A stretch of DNA of 64,000 nucleotides, from contig OZ024763.1 in NCBI GenBank assembly GCA_964016885.1, positions 4,650,001 to 4,714,000 on the forward strand, given 5' to 3'. The notes under the pieces are model-generated. The model worked only from the letters and a program-made list of their open reading frames with translations. It was not told the origin of the DNA and did no database searches. Shown piece after piece: positions 27,141 to 40,028 of this stretch (within the stretch, counting starts at the first letter, position 1; the number at the start of each line of letters is the position of its first letter). The stretch is from Eledone cirrhosa. Its lineage: Eukaryota. The translations under genes and the position numbers were made by a program.

Positions 27141-27704
27141 AGAAGAAAAGAAGGTTGAAGGAAGCCTTGCCTTTCTAGCGACTGTCAGTCTGGCTGTCGT
27201 GTGTGAGTGTGCTGGGAGTGGGGGTGTGGTTGGGGGAGGAGAGCATTGGAGGAGGGCGTGGCGAAAATGGATTTAAGGGAGCATGCTGAAAGAAAGAGAG
27301 GGGGAGGATAGATGCTGAGAGTGGTGGTGTGGTTGGAGGGTGGGGGAGAGTGTGGTTAGTGTGGCCCTTTCATTATGGGGCTGTCGAGAGAGAAAATGAG
27401 CTAAGAGTGGTTGGGGGTGGAATATTTTGGAGATAGGTGCTGTGTGTAAGGAAGGATCACAACAGGGGTTGGGCTGTTTCAAAAATGGGTGGGGGTTGAG
27501 TGTCTAGTGAGAGTGGTGTTATTTTCGGGAGTGAGGCATTGGAGATAGAGGGAGAGCATGAGGTCACGATATGAGTGGGTTTGTGGCGAAAAATGTAGTG
27601 GAGGAAAAACAGAGAGAAAGAGAGAGGGGATGGGGCTGCTGCAAGTAACGCCATTGTAGTGGGGAACAGTGGCGATTGGTGAGGGTTTAGCAAGGGATTG
27701 ACCA

Positions 27705-27915
27705 GATTCTAAGGCCAGCAATTTGAAGAAGGCGGTAAGTCGATTATATCGATCCCTAATTCTTTACTGGTACTGTATTTTATCGACTCTGTATCGAAAG
27801 GATGCAAGTCAAAGTTGACCTTGGCCAGATTAAAACTCAGAACATAGAATGTCCTAACTAAATGTGACAAAGCACTTTGGTCCGACGCTCTACCAATATT
27901 GCCAATCCACCGCCT
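27705..27915 (-). mobile_element. Diverged SINE family A (long variant)
   Basis: Degenerate match including the GTCGATT..ATCGA internal segment also seen in the 211-bp array. Confidence 0.7.
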
Positions 27916-28299
27916 TTAACTGACTATTAAAAAAACCTCTAGTGAAAACAACAGGTGCGTGCGTACTAATATTGGTAAGATGACCCTACCAACGTAAAAC
28001 AAGGACGTTTTACAGTAATCTCATCCATCAATCCCAGAGGATAATAAAAACGTGTAATTTAATTATTTTAATTTTACGCTTTTAAAAGTCTCGTTTGGAT
28101 CTTCTAAAATAGGCGGTGGCTGGCATTCAGAGACCTTTGGCGTAATGGTTAAACCTGGTTGCCTAGCATACGACAGATGGGTGGTTCGATTCCACGCAGG
28201 CGTTTCTGTCTACTTTTATTCCGTCTTCAGGATTCTTCTATTCGATTTATTCAACTATAATCTATAAGTATCAACTATTCTTGTAGATTTCTGCATCGT

Positions 28300-28990
28300 G
28301 GTGACTGTCTTCTTCTTCTTCTTCTTCTTCTTCTTCTTCTTCTTCTCCTTCTTCTTCTTGAGAGGGTCGTGGGGATAGAGCAAAAACACTCCTTCCAACT
28401 GATCCGGCTGAATTTCCAAGCGAAACCAGCCGAACTTATGGATGTTATCCAACCATCTTGCTCGGGGTGTACCTCTAGGTCTCTTGCCGAGTGATTTTGC
28501 CCGGAAAATCTGTCCAACTTTTATTTCCTGAGATATTCTAACCACATGTCCATAATAAGCTGTGACCTCTCACTTCGGAGAAGTAGCAGCTCTACCTGGA
28601 GTGATTCTCTCATCTCCGAGCCATGCACTCTATCGAGTTACATTACTCCGCCGAAGACCCTTCGGGGGAACCCCATTCCTGTCGCTTGTATTCGCGATCG
28701 TATTTTTCCGCAGGCTTGAAAGGACGAGTGTCTCAGTTTTCGCAGCACTGGTTTTCATTCCAGCCATGCAGCACTCGGCATCAAACCTATCAAGTGCAAG
28801 TCCGAGATCACATTCTGTCGAGTTAAGTAACACAATGTCGTCTGAAAATTCCAACCGACTGATTTTACACCAGCCACTCGTGTGTGTTACCACTTCCGAC
28901 CCGGCTGCGCATGTGAATCCTATCCATGAAAATAATGAACAGGAGAGGTGATAGTACGTACCCCTGGCGGAGTCTGACTTCCACATTGAA
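28300..28990 (-). mobile_element. Decayed RTE-like LINE 3' fragment
   Basis: LEFSDDIVLL RT motif, GKRPRGTPRARWLDNI C-terminal motif, (AAG)n tail. Confidence 0.7.
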
Positions 28991-29304
28991 TGGTTTAGAT
29001 TTAGCACCAAATCGACTGTATTTTCAAATTTGAAATTTGCCAATGCTTTGTAAGCCAACCAATTTTGATTTATACTCTAGGCTAAACCCTTAAATATTGT
29101 AATTGAAGGGCACGAGAGTGAGCTTAGGTCACGTGGGATAAGACTTAGAGAAATGTATTGAGGGGGGGGGGGGTGCGCGTATGAAAGGGAATGCGTGTGT
29201 GTGTGTGTGATAGTGTCTGTGTCTGTGTAACAGAGAGAGAGTATGTGTGTGCGTGTTAAGGGGAGAAGAAAGAGGAAAAGCATTTGTGTGATTTGTGAGA
29301 GAGC

Positions 29305-29335
<31 letters not shown>

Positions 29336-30101
29336 CAGGAGTATCGATATCATGTGACTTAAGGCAGAAATGAGGAGAATGGAGCCTGTAACAGACAGGG
29401 AAAGAGTGAGAGGGGGAGAGTGAGTGAGAAAGGCAAAGAAAGAGAGAGTAATAGATAAAGGTGCTCGCGAAAAGACAGATAAAGAAAGGAAGGAAGAAAG
29501 AAAGAAAGGAAGAAAGGAAGAAAGAAAGGAAGAAAGAACGAAAGAAAGGAAGGAAGGAAGAAAGGAAGAAAGAAAGAAAGGAAGGAAGAAAGAACGAAAG
29601 AAAGGAAGAAAGAAAGAACGAAAGAAAGAAAGAAAGGAAGAAAGAAAGAAAGAAAGGAAGAAAGTAACAAAGGTTCGTGTAAAAAAGACAGCTAAAAAAA
29701 AGTGAAGAAGAGAGAGCAATGTAAAAGAGCGAGTGCAAGAAAAAGAAAAAGAGAATTAAAAAGAAGCGTGTAAGGAGAGGGGAGGGGGTGATAATTTATT
29801 CCAGACTAGTTAGGTAGCGGGAGATAGAACGAGACTGAACTAGTAGGCGGGGAGAGAATGAAGGGGCGGTGCAATAAGATGTGACGAAGGAAGAGGAGAA
29901 ACGAAGTGGGCGTGGCTAAAGTGAACGCGCTGGCAGTGGGGCGGATTGCTTGTTCTTCTCGTCATAAATAACAGACGTGTTGTTATTGTACAAGGAATTT
30001 GTGTCCGCACGCGTGTGTATATAGTTATATACCTGTGTGAAAGCCCGATATATATATATATATGTGTGTGTATGCATATGTATGTGTGTTGTGTATATAT
30101 A

Positions 30102-30180
<79 letters not shown>

Positions 30181-30386
30181 AAAAAAAAGGAACGATCGAC
30201 ATTCGTCAAATCGGACCGAGGAAACAATGTTTCCATTGGTCTTTCTGATTGCTAATACTATCTATCGGTCGCAACTCCAGGTAGAAGGAGCAACGTGAAA
30301 TAAAGTGTCTTGCTCAAAGACATAACGCATACATACATACATACTCATACATATACCTACATACATACATATATACACATATATAC

Positions 30387-30420
<34 letters not shown>

Positions 30421-30440
30421 AGAGTATTGAAGTTTGCTTG

Positions 30441-30523
<83 letters not shown>

Positions 30524-30667
30524 CAAAATAAGATGCTGAGGTTACATATATCGTTTAATCATAATACTTATTTCCACGGTTCTCCATGCAATCGAGATGT
30601 CCTTTATGCATTTGCTGTTGATTATGAGAACGGTTTCCTCCTGTTTTTACCAAAACAATCTTTTCCG

Positions 30668-30811
<144 letters not shown>

Positions 30812-31004
30812 ATATAGAGAAACACACAGATACATGCGGACACACACATATACATGAATATATCCACATCCATCCTTGAGTTAATGGTGCCAACCGGAAC
30901 CGATGTTGCTCTATGAATAACTGGGACAAACCAATCCGAATGGATTAGACTGAACCAGTATCAGAGCTATAAATGATATCTAATGTTTCTTCTCTCTTCA
31001 TAAT

Positions 31005-31045
<41 letters not shown>

Positions 31046-31047
<2 letters not shown>

Positions 31048-31269
31048 TTCATTTGATTTATTGATTTATTGATATTTTATCTGAGTGTCCCGAATCTTCC
31101 AGATCGTAATTTTTCGGTCGTATGGTTGATTTTAGACATGTTCTATGTGTGTCGGTATTTTAACGATAGTTATAGCTCTGATTTATCTGAATTATTGAGC
31201 CCTCTGTCGCTCATTTCGAATTTTGTTTATCGTGAACTCGTGCGCCGATTTTTCGATACTCGATTATTC

Positions 31270-31273
<4 letters not shown>
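31046..31273. repeat. Dispersed repeat abutting (TA)n; inverted copy at 57944-58165
   Basis: High identity between the two copies on opposite strands. Confidence 0.85.
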
Positions 31274-31316
<43 letters not shown>

Positions 31317-31342
31317 GAAAAATAAGAAATTAGAAGTTAGGG

Positions 31343-31449
31343 TTATCCGCCATCGGTTGTCTACTAAGCGTCATAGGCATTTCTTCGCATTAAAGATAAG
31401 ATACCTCGGCCTAGGGCGAAACAATAACTAAAGTAAGTTATTGGGATAA
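31343..31449 (-). ncRNA. Degenerate copy of the permuted hammerhead (second subfamily)
   Basis: Homologous to 7781-7887. GAAA-TGCCT/AGGTAT-C is retained; core mutated to CCGATGG. Confidence 0.55.
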
Positions 31450-32111
31450 AAAGTCTTAGTTTGGTAATTTAGATAAACAATTTAGATAAACTTGAGCTTA
31501 ATTGTTTTATGATATCTCTCTATAAGCCTGTCTGTGTGTCTATGTATGTATCTAAGCCCGTACATCGGTCACACAATCTTTTATAGTCCTTTATGGCAAT
31601 TTGCAGATGAGTGCCGAATGCAAGATAAGGCCGAAACCGGTCAACCAGTTCAAATATCTTGACTAATTACTTTTATATCTCTCCTCTTACCCTTTACTTT
31701 TGTTTATATCTATGTTATTCTTATTTTTACTTTATTTTATTTTATTTTATTTTATTACGTTTCTTTCATAGGTTTTTTTTAATTTTTTACCCATTGTCTT
31801 TTGTCTAATGATATTTCTACTTCTATTTCTTTGATCTATTCGTCTTCATTGATTCTTTTCCCTCCCGACGGGGCTATCTGGTTGGCCCATTTCTGCCGTC
31901 TTATATATATCGCAAATAAAATTATGTTTCTGTTGGAAGACGGTGTGATGGATCAAGAATTTTGAGACTAGAAATAGGTAAAGCCATAACCACTACCTGT
32001 TAATCAATATATCGGTCGACCGTGATCAATCAACCCTCTTAAATGATCGTAAAACAATTGTCTAATAAAGAACCCATCTTCGACTTTTGAGGTAGTGGCG
32101 AGAAGAAGCGG

Positions 32112-32159
<48 letters not shown>

Positions 32160-32272
32160 GTGTGTATATTTATATATACATACATACATACATATATGTG
32201 TATGTGTATATATATATATATATATATATTGAAAGCAGCGATTCTTTGCTTAAACTTTAATCTGTTATTTTA

Positions 32273-32324
<52 letters not shown>

Positions 32325-32386
32325 GTGTGTAAATATGATAATAATGGAGCTGCGGCGCTGCAAATGGGTTACATATGAAAAAGTTT

Positions 32387-32487
32387 GTCCTCATCAGTGG
32401 CCTTCCAACCGTCGTAGGCATTTCGTCGCATTAAAAGCCATATACCTCAGGTTGGTGCGAGCAACGGCTAAAAAAAGTCGTTGGGAC
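32387..32487 (-). ncRNA. Candidate non-circularly permuted hammerhead ribozyme, second copy with intact core
   Basis: Minus strand reads GTCC-CAACGACT/AGCCGTTG-CTCGCA-CCAACC-TG-AGGTAT-A-TGGCTTT-TAA-TGCGA-C-GAAA-TGCCT-ACGAC-GGTTGG-AAGGCCA-CTGATGA-GGAC. Helix I differs from the 2618 copy by pairing-preserving changes. Confidence 0.72.
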
Positions 32488-32695
32488 ACGTAAATAAAGG
32501 GGACGCTAGGGTAAACAAACAAAATGGTTTAAGCAACAGAAAGTGTGTATATATATATACACACGTTTTTCCTGTATATTTGCTTTTATCTCTCCGAATT
32601 CCACACTTTATCTACACCTTCCATTCACAGCAATACATACACGGAGAAACGCAAAGGTCAGCATGTGTAATAAGAAGCTTGTCTTGACTCTAATA

Positions 32696-32885
32696 TAATT
32701 GTTTCTACTTTTTGGCACAAGGCCAGCAATTATCCCAGTGCATTACTGGTACTTTATTTTATCGACCCCGTAAGGATGAAAGGCAAAGTTAACCTCGGCG
32801 GGATTTGAACTCAGAATGGCAAGGGCCGTAACTCTATGCTTCAAAGCATGGCGTCCGACCCTCTACCGATACTGCCAATCCATCG
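32696..32885 (-). mobile_element. SINE family A with probable target-site duplication
   Basis: Full copy; GACTCTAATATAAT occurs on both sides (about 32686 and 32886). Confidence 0.85.
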
Positions 32886-32999
32886 ACTCTAATATAATAA
32901 TAGTTGAACTGTTCCTAGTCTGTCATCTATCAATGAAGATAACATCACATCTAACACTGACAGCGGTTTCCGTTGTTTTATGTTCACCATGAAATCTCT

Positions 33000-33037
<38 letters not shown>

Positions 33038-33050
33038 CACACACACACAC

Positions 33051-33083
<33 letters not shown>

Positions 33084-33268
33084 GTAATAATAATAAAATT
33101 GAAGACTAAAATCCAAAGAGGGCTCGATAAGGAAAATATATATCAAATATATAAAAACCGTAGAGAAATATCCAGTTCTGCGTTTACAGATTGACTTTGT
33201 TAGTTTCAGAAGATCCCGTTAAGGGTGAAAGCAGCGATTCTTTGCTTAAACTTTAATCTGTTATTTTA

Positions 33269-33357
<89 letters not shown>

Positions 33358-33361
<4 letters not shown>

Positions 33362-34345
33362 GGTCGTCAAGTATGAAATTTGTAGAAAAAAACAAAGTTT
33401 GTTAATGTTTTATAAATACAAGGAATAGTTTTATTCATCAAAGTATGCACCCATATTGTCAATATACTGTTGCCATTTCAACGGTAGCTTGTTCAGTCCG
33501 GTGGTGTAACAGCCTGGTAATCGAGAGTCAAGGAAATCTTGGAAGGCCTGTTTTACAGCATTGTTGGAATTAAGTTGTTTACCTGTGAAAAAGTTTTCCA
33601 AATTCCGAAAGAAGTGGCAGTCAGTGGGTGCGAGATCTGGTGAGTATGGTGGATGATGGAGTACTTCCAACTCCAACTCGTGTAGTTTTGCCACTGTCAT
33701 TTGTTCGGTGTGTGGTCTAGCGTTGTCGATCGGTTGACCAATCTAGGTTGTTTTTCTGCAAGTTTTTGGATCATTTGCTCCAGCTGGTTGCAGTATACTT
33801 CTGCCGTGATCGATGAGCCAGGTTTCATGAAATCATAATGGATCACACCTGAGCCAGACCACCAAACACTCACCATCAGCGTCTTATGATGAATATTGCA
33901 CTTTGGGCTGAGTTTTTGTGGCTTATCCTTGTCCAACCACTGGGCTGAACATTTACGGTTATCGTATTGGATCCATTTCTCATCATGTTACAATTCCATT
34001 CAAAAATGGATCATTTATCTGACGAGAAAGCAACATTATGCAAGCTTCCAAACGTTGTTGTTTCTGCTGTTTATTCAGTTCACCTGGAACCAACTTATCC
34101 AACTTTTTCACTTTACTGACTTCAGCTGTGAGTTCATATTGTTTGCTAACACCAAATATTATCCACCTTTGATTCTGGCTCACCGCGTGGCTCATTCGTG
34201 AGGTCAAAGTTACCAGAACGAAATTTCGCAAACCAATTTGATACTGTCTGTTGTGTAGTAATATTAGAGCAAAATCCACCATTAATATTCCGAGCTGTCT
34301 GCGATGCTGTATTTCCACGTAAGAACTCATTTCATCAACGTGAAA
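33358..34345 (-). mobile_element. Decayed mariner transposase (pseudogene) with one terminal repeat
   Basis: HPPYSPDLAPTD motif, KTLMVSVWW, WVP-like LVPGEL, multiple frameshifts. End sequence TTGGGTCGTCAAGTATGAAA abuts (TA)n. Confidence 0.9.
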
Positions 34346-34422
34346 TAAGAAGCTGTTCCAAAAACAATGGTTGCATTTTAATAGGGTACGTCAAAGCTTA
34401 TTTGTAAAACTGTTATATATTA

Positions 34423-34487
34423 TATTTTGTCTGATGAAGGCATACCATAATTTAATTTGGTATCCCTGAAATATGTATAATGAAATA
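34423..34487 (+). ncRNA. Type I minimal hammerhead ribozyme
   Basis: TATTTTGT-CTGATGA-AGGCATACCA..TGGTATCCCT-GAAA-TATGTA-TA-ATGAAATA. Confidence 0.75.
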
Positions 34488-34615
34488 AATATGGTTTTAT
34501 AAATATAGTTTCCATTTATTAATATCGTATATCTACTCCAAATACTTGTCGAGTGCTTTATATCAGTTATAAAAATATTTACTTGTTGTATCCCAACAAT
34601 TTTAAATAGAACTTT

Positions 34616-34657
<42 letters not shown>

Positions 34658-35929
34658 TATATATATATACGTATATATAATACACACATACACACACATA
34701 AATCTCTCTCTCTATATATATATACACATTGAGATTTACAATTTGATATATAATAGCTAGATTTATAACTTACTTCAACTAATATTATATTATACTATAT
34801 TATATACCAACGACGGAAATGAGCAGAATTAAAACCTCTGATTCTACTTCCGCCAGAAGTAGTTTAGTTCCGGTCAACCAGAGAAGCACGTAGGAATTAA
34901 AGTAAGGAAACTTTATTATTAATTTTCACTAATTTTACGCTGTATTTGTTTTTTGGGGTAATTCGGTTTAAATGTTTTGGAAAATGTTATTTCTAATATA
35001 TTTTAAAATAATCATCAAACTGTATTCGCTGAATAATTTATAGATAGGGCACGTAATCTTAACACACACACACACATATATATAGTTATAATAGTGGAAA
35101 TAGAGCCTCTACCGCGAGCTGGGGGGGGGGGGTCGGCTAGTTACCTCTTCTGGTAGTTAGCCGAGACCACCTAGCTTACGGTAGATTCTCTACTGCTACT
35201 AATATACCAACTCTGTATCTTACCAAATATCGAGTGCTTCTTTGATTTGTGGTCTTCCTGGTCCCATTACCGCTGACTCAATACTGTTACGAGCTCTGTC
35301 TCGTGTTGGGTTGTATTCAGAGTTAAGGCGGCTGTAGTGTGTAGTGTGTAAATAGATTAAGTAGAATCGAAGTCATTGATACAGCGTGTGTACAAACTTT
35401 ATTGGCATATTTCAATTGCTTCGATATCGATCAGTTCAAGGTACAATCAAAATGACGGGACCCTCAGATAACCGAGTTTATGTGTACAAAGACATCTAGT
35501 GTTTAGATGTGTCTTCTCGCCACCAATAGTCCATGGTTTCTTTTATTGGCCACAAGTGAATTGGTTGGGAGAAGGTTGGAGGTCATTACAAGACTAAATG
35601 CAACTTGAAGGTGGAGTTTTACGCAGAAACTAGTGGGAAAATGGCTAACAAATATAAATAGTATACAGTTTAACTATACTTAGCATACAATTATATAAGA
35701 CATTCAGTCCCCTGGTAGAGAGAGCTGAATACTACAGACCCACACAATCACTCTGAGCCCTTTCCCAACATTTGTTGTCCCACCTTCAGGATCATGCAGT
35801 AGTCTGCCCCATCCAATTTTGTCATTTTCGCGACTTTTATCTACCTTTGGGTGAGAGTACTTCCCTCTCCACCCTCGCCTTCCTTTCCAGGTGAAACTTG
35901 AAAAAAAAAAATCGGTGAATAATAATAAT

Positions 35930-36405
35930 AATTGTTTCTACTTTTGGCACAAGGCCAGCAATTACCCAGTGCATTACTGGTACTTTATTTTATCGACCCC
36001 CGTAAGGATGAAAGGCAAAGTCAACCTCGGCGGGATTTGAACTCAGACCGTAAAGGGACGTAACTCTATGCTGGAAAGCATGGCGTCCGACCCTCGACCG
36101 ATACTGCCAAATAATAATAATTGTTTCTACTTTTGGCACAAGGCCAGCAATTACTCCAGTGTATTACTGGAACTTTGTTATCGCCAAGGCAAAGTTAACC
36201 TCGGCGGGATTTGAACTCAGACTGTAATGGGCCATAACTTTACACCGGTACAGCCAATGGTATCAAATTTTGGCACAAAGTAAGCAATTTTGGAGTGGAA
36301 AGGAAAGACAATTCTACCAACTACAGTACTTCAATGGTACTTTATTTTATCGACCTTGAAAAGATACACGGCAGAGTTGACCTCGGTGGAATTTGAAGTC
36401 AGTAT
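35930..36405 (-). mobile_element. Cluster of three head-to-tail SINE family A copies of increasing divergence
   Basis: Repeated TTTTGGCACAA..GCAATT..TGGTACTTT..ACCTCGG.GG.ATTTGAA blocks. Confidence 0.8.
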
Positions 36406-37686
36406 GTAAATGATATGTGTAAATGCATGTGTGTGTGTGTGTGTGAGTGTGTGTGTGTGTTTGTGTGTGTGTGTTTGTGTGCGCGTGTTGGGTCTTAGTT
36501 GGTTCCAGCTGATTTACCAACGTGAAATTAATGTAGCGTCTGAGCATTCCACAAACACGTGTATCCTTAACGTAATTCTCGGGGAGATTCTGCGTGACAG
36601 AGTGTGACAGAGTGTGACAGAGTGTGACAGAGTGTGACAGAGTGGTTCCTTTGGAATATAGGTACAGCTCCTTTTTTTTTATTTTGCTGAGTAGACTGGA
36701 GCAGTGTTTGTGTGTGTGTGTGAGTGTGTGTTTGTGTTTGTGTGAGTGTGTGTTTGTGTGCGCGTGTTGGACTTTAGTTGGTTCCAGCTGATTTACCAAT
36801 GTGCGTCTGAGCATTCCACAAACACGTGTATCCTTAACGTAATTCTCGGGGAGATTCTGCGTGACAGAGTGTGACAGAGTGTGACAGAGTGTGACCTTTG
36901 GAACATAGGTACAACTCCTTTTTTTTTATTTTGCTGAGTAGACTGGAGCAACATGAAAAGAAGTGCTTTGTTCAAAGAAGAAGCGCACCAACAGGGAATC
37001 GAAATCAAGACATTGCTGTCGTGAACCGAACAACCTAAGTACCCAGCTACGCTCCGTCACATGTATACACACATAAACGCATAAACAAACACTGACACAC
37101 GCAGTTGATATGTAAATATGTCCATTATATCTTGATTATTTACACATATCTTCTCTACCCCTCCTAACTGGATATACGTAAAATCCTTGTTTAGTTTATT
37201 CCTCGTTTCTGTCTGCCTCCCCCCCCTCTCTCTCTCTCTCTCTCTCTCGCTCGACAGACGTATCATAGTATTCATACATAGTACCTACTTGAAACTGTCA
37301 AGAAAGTCGTTTCTGTGGGGCGTTCACCCGCCACCCGTTTCAATCAATGCCTCACACCACCACCATCACTGCCACCACCTCCCATGTTCACTAGGCCCCG
37401 CCGCCACCACCACATAAATAAAGGTAATAGGTTTGTTTAAGATACAGAATCATCTTATTGTTTGAATAGCAGCACCCCCCCCCCCCCTCCCTCCCCTCAT
37501 ACCTTTTGGTATGTTGCAAACAGTCACCACGCACTTAGCGCATGCGCAGGCAACTTTTCTTACTTTAAATTCTTTAATACCAAACCGCCTGAAACTGCTC
37601 TTGGTTCTATGATACAAAACTGTTTTAAATTCTGAAATGTGTGCGTCCCACAGCAAACGTCCACAACACACGCCAACCACTATCAA

Positions 37687-37875
37687 TAATTGTTTCTACT
37701 TTAGGCACAAGGCCAGCAATTACCCAGTGCATTACTGGTACTTTATTTTATCGACCCCGTAAGGATGAAAGGCAAAGTCAACTTCGGCGGGATTTGAACT
37801 CAGATCGTAAAGGGACGTAACTATGCTGGAAAGCATGGCGTCCGACTCTCTACCGATACTGCCAATCCACCGCCC
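37687..37875 (-). mobile_element. SINE family A, continuous with the 45-bp array
   Basis: Full body and B box; its 5' head is the first unit of the array. Confidence 0.88.
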
Positions 37876-40028
37876 TAGCATGGCGTCCGACCCTCTACCG
37901 ATACTGCCAATCCACCGCCCTAGCATGGCGTCCAACCCTCTACCGATACTGCCAATCCACCGCCCTAGCATGGCGTCCGACCCTCTACCGATACTGCCAA
38001 TCCACCGCCCTAGCATGGCGTCCGACCCTCTACCGATACTGCCAATCCACCGCCCTAGCATGGCGTCCGACCCTCTACCGATACTGCCAATCAACCGCCC
38101 TAGCATGGCGTCCAACCCTCTACCGATACTGCCAATCCACCGCCCTAGCATGGCGTCCGACCCTCTACCGATACTGCCAATCCACCGCCCTAGCATGGCG
38201 TCCGACCCTCTACCGATACTGCCAATCCACCGCCCTAGCATGGCGTCCGACCCTCTACCGATACTGCCAATCCACCGCCCTAGCATGGCGTCCAACCCTC
38301 TACCGATACTGCCAATCCACCGCCCTAGCATGGCGTCCGACCCTCTACCGATACTGCCAATCCACCGCCCTAGCATGGCGTCCGACCCTCTACCGATACT
38401 GCCAATCCACCGCCCTAGCATGGCGTCCGACCCTCTACCGATACTGCCAATCCACCGCCCTAGCATGGCGTCCAACCCTCTACCGATACTGCCAATCCAC
38501 CGCCCTAGCATGGCGTCCGACCCTCTACCGATACTGCCAATCCACCGCCCTAGCATGGCGTCCGACCCTCTACCGATACTGCCAATCCACCGCCCTAGCA
38601 TGGCGTCCGACCCTCTACCGATACTGCCAATCCACCGCCCTAGCATGGCGTCCGACCCTCTACCGATACTGCCAATCCACCGCCCTAGCATGGCGTCCAA
38701 CCCTCTACCGATACTGCCAATCCACCGCCCTAGCATGGCGTCCAACCCTCTACCGATACTGCCAATCCACCGCCCTAGCATGGCGTCCGACCCTCTACCG
38801 ATACTGCCAATCCACCGCCCTAGCATGGCGTCCGACCCTCTACCGATACTGCCAATCCACCGCCCTAGCATGGCGTCCGACCCTCTACCGATACTGCCAA
38901 TCCACCGCCCTAGCATGGCGTCCAACCCTCTACCGATACTGCCAATCCACCGCCCTAGCATGGCGTCCGACCCTCTACCGATACTGCCAATCCACCGCCC
39001 TAGCATGGCGTCCAACCCTCTACCGATACTGCCAATCCACCGCCCTAGCATGGCGTCCGACCCTCCACCGATACTGCCAATCCACCGCCCTAGCATGGCG
39101 TCCAACCCTCTACCGATACTGCCAATCCACCGCCCTAGCATGGCGTCCAACCCTCTACCGATACTGCCAATCCACCGCCCTAGCATGGCGTCCGACCCTC
39201 TACCGATACTGCCAATCCACCGCCCTAGCATGGCGTCCGACCCTCTACCGATACTGCCAATCCACCGCCCTAGCATGGCGTCCGACCCTCTACCGATACT
39301 GCCAATCCACCGCCCTAGCATGGCGTCCAACCCTCTACCGATACTGCCAATCCACCGCCCTAGCATGGCGTCCGACCCTCCACCGATACTGCCAATCCAC
39401 CGCCCTAGCATGGCGTCCGACCCTCTACCGATACTGCCAATCCACCGCCCTAGCATGGCGTCCGACCCTCCACCGATACTGCCAATCCACCGCCCTAGCA
39501 TGGCGTCCGACCCTCTACCGATACTGCCAATCCACCGCCCTAGCATGGCGTCCGACCCTCTACCGATACTGCCAATCCACCGCCCTAGCATGGCGTCCGA
39601 CCCTCTACCGATACTGCCAATCCACCGCCCTAGCATGGCGTCCGACCCTCTACCGATACTGCCAATCCACCGCCCTAGCATGGCGTCCAACCCTCTACCG
39701 ATACTGCCAATCCACCGCCCTAGCATGGCGTCCGACCCTCCACCGATACTGCCAATCCACCGCCCTAGCATGGCGTCCGACCCTCTACCGATACTGCCAA
39801 TCCACCGCCCTAGCATGGCGTCCGACCCTCCACCGATACTGCCAATCCACCGCCCTAGCATGGCGTCCGACCCTCTACCGATACTGCCAATCCACCGCCC
39901 TAGCATGGCGTCCGACCCTCTACCGATACTGCCAATCCACCGCCCTAGCATGGCGTCCGACCCTCTACCGATACTGCCAATCCACCGCCCTAGCATGGCG
40001 TCCGACCCTCTACCGATACTGCCAATCC
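37832..40028. repeat. 45-bp tandem array (about 49 copies) of the SINE 5' head
   Basis: Unit TAGCATGGCGTCCGACCCTCTACCGATACTGCCAATCCACCGCCC, near perfect. Confidence 0.97.

Noticed and set aside
28130-28205. tRNA-like sequence with A box TGGCGTAATGG and B box GGTTCGATTCC
   Set aside because: No convincing acceptor or anticodon stems by eye; more likely a SINE head or tRNA pseudogene. tRNAscan-SE would decide.
21630-30000. Su(H)/CSL paired site expected upstream of Notch-target HES genes
   Set aside because: Only isolated GTGAGAA matches seen (about 25211 and 29423); no paired inverted site found by eye.
31600-31645. CAGATGA..GAAACCGGTC hammerhead-like motif; similar decayed motifs at about 33205-33235, 47255-47310 and 63146-63190
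   Set aside because: Core substitutions and/or no helix I pairing; at most remnants.
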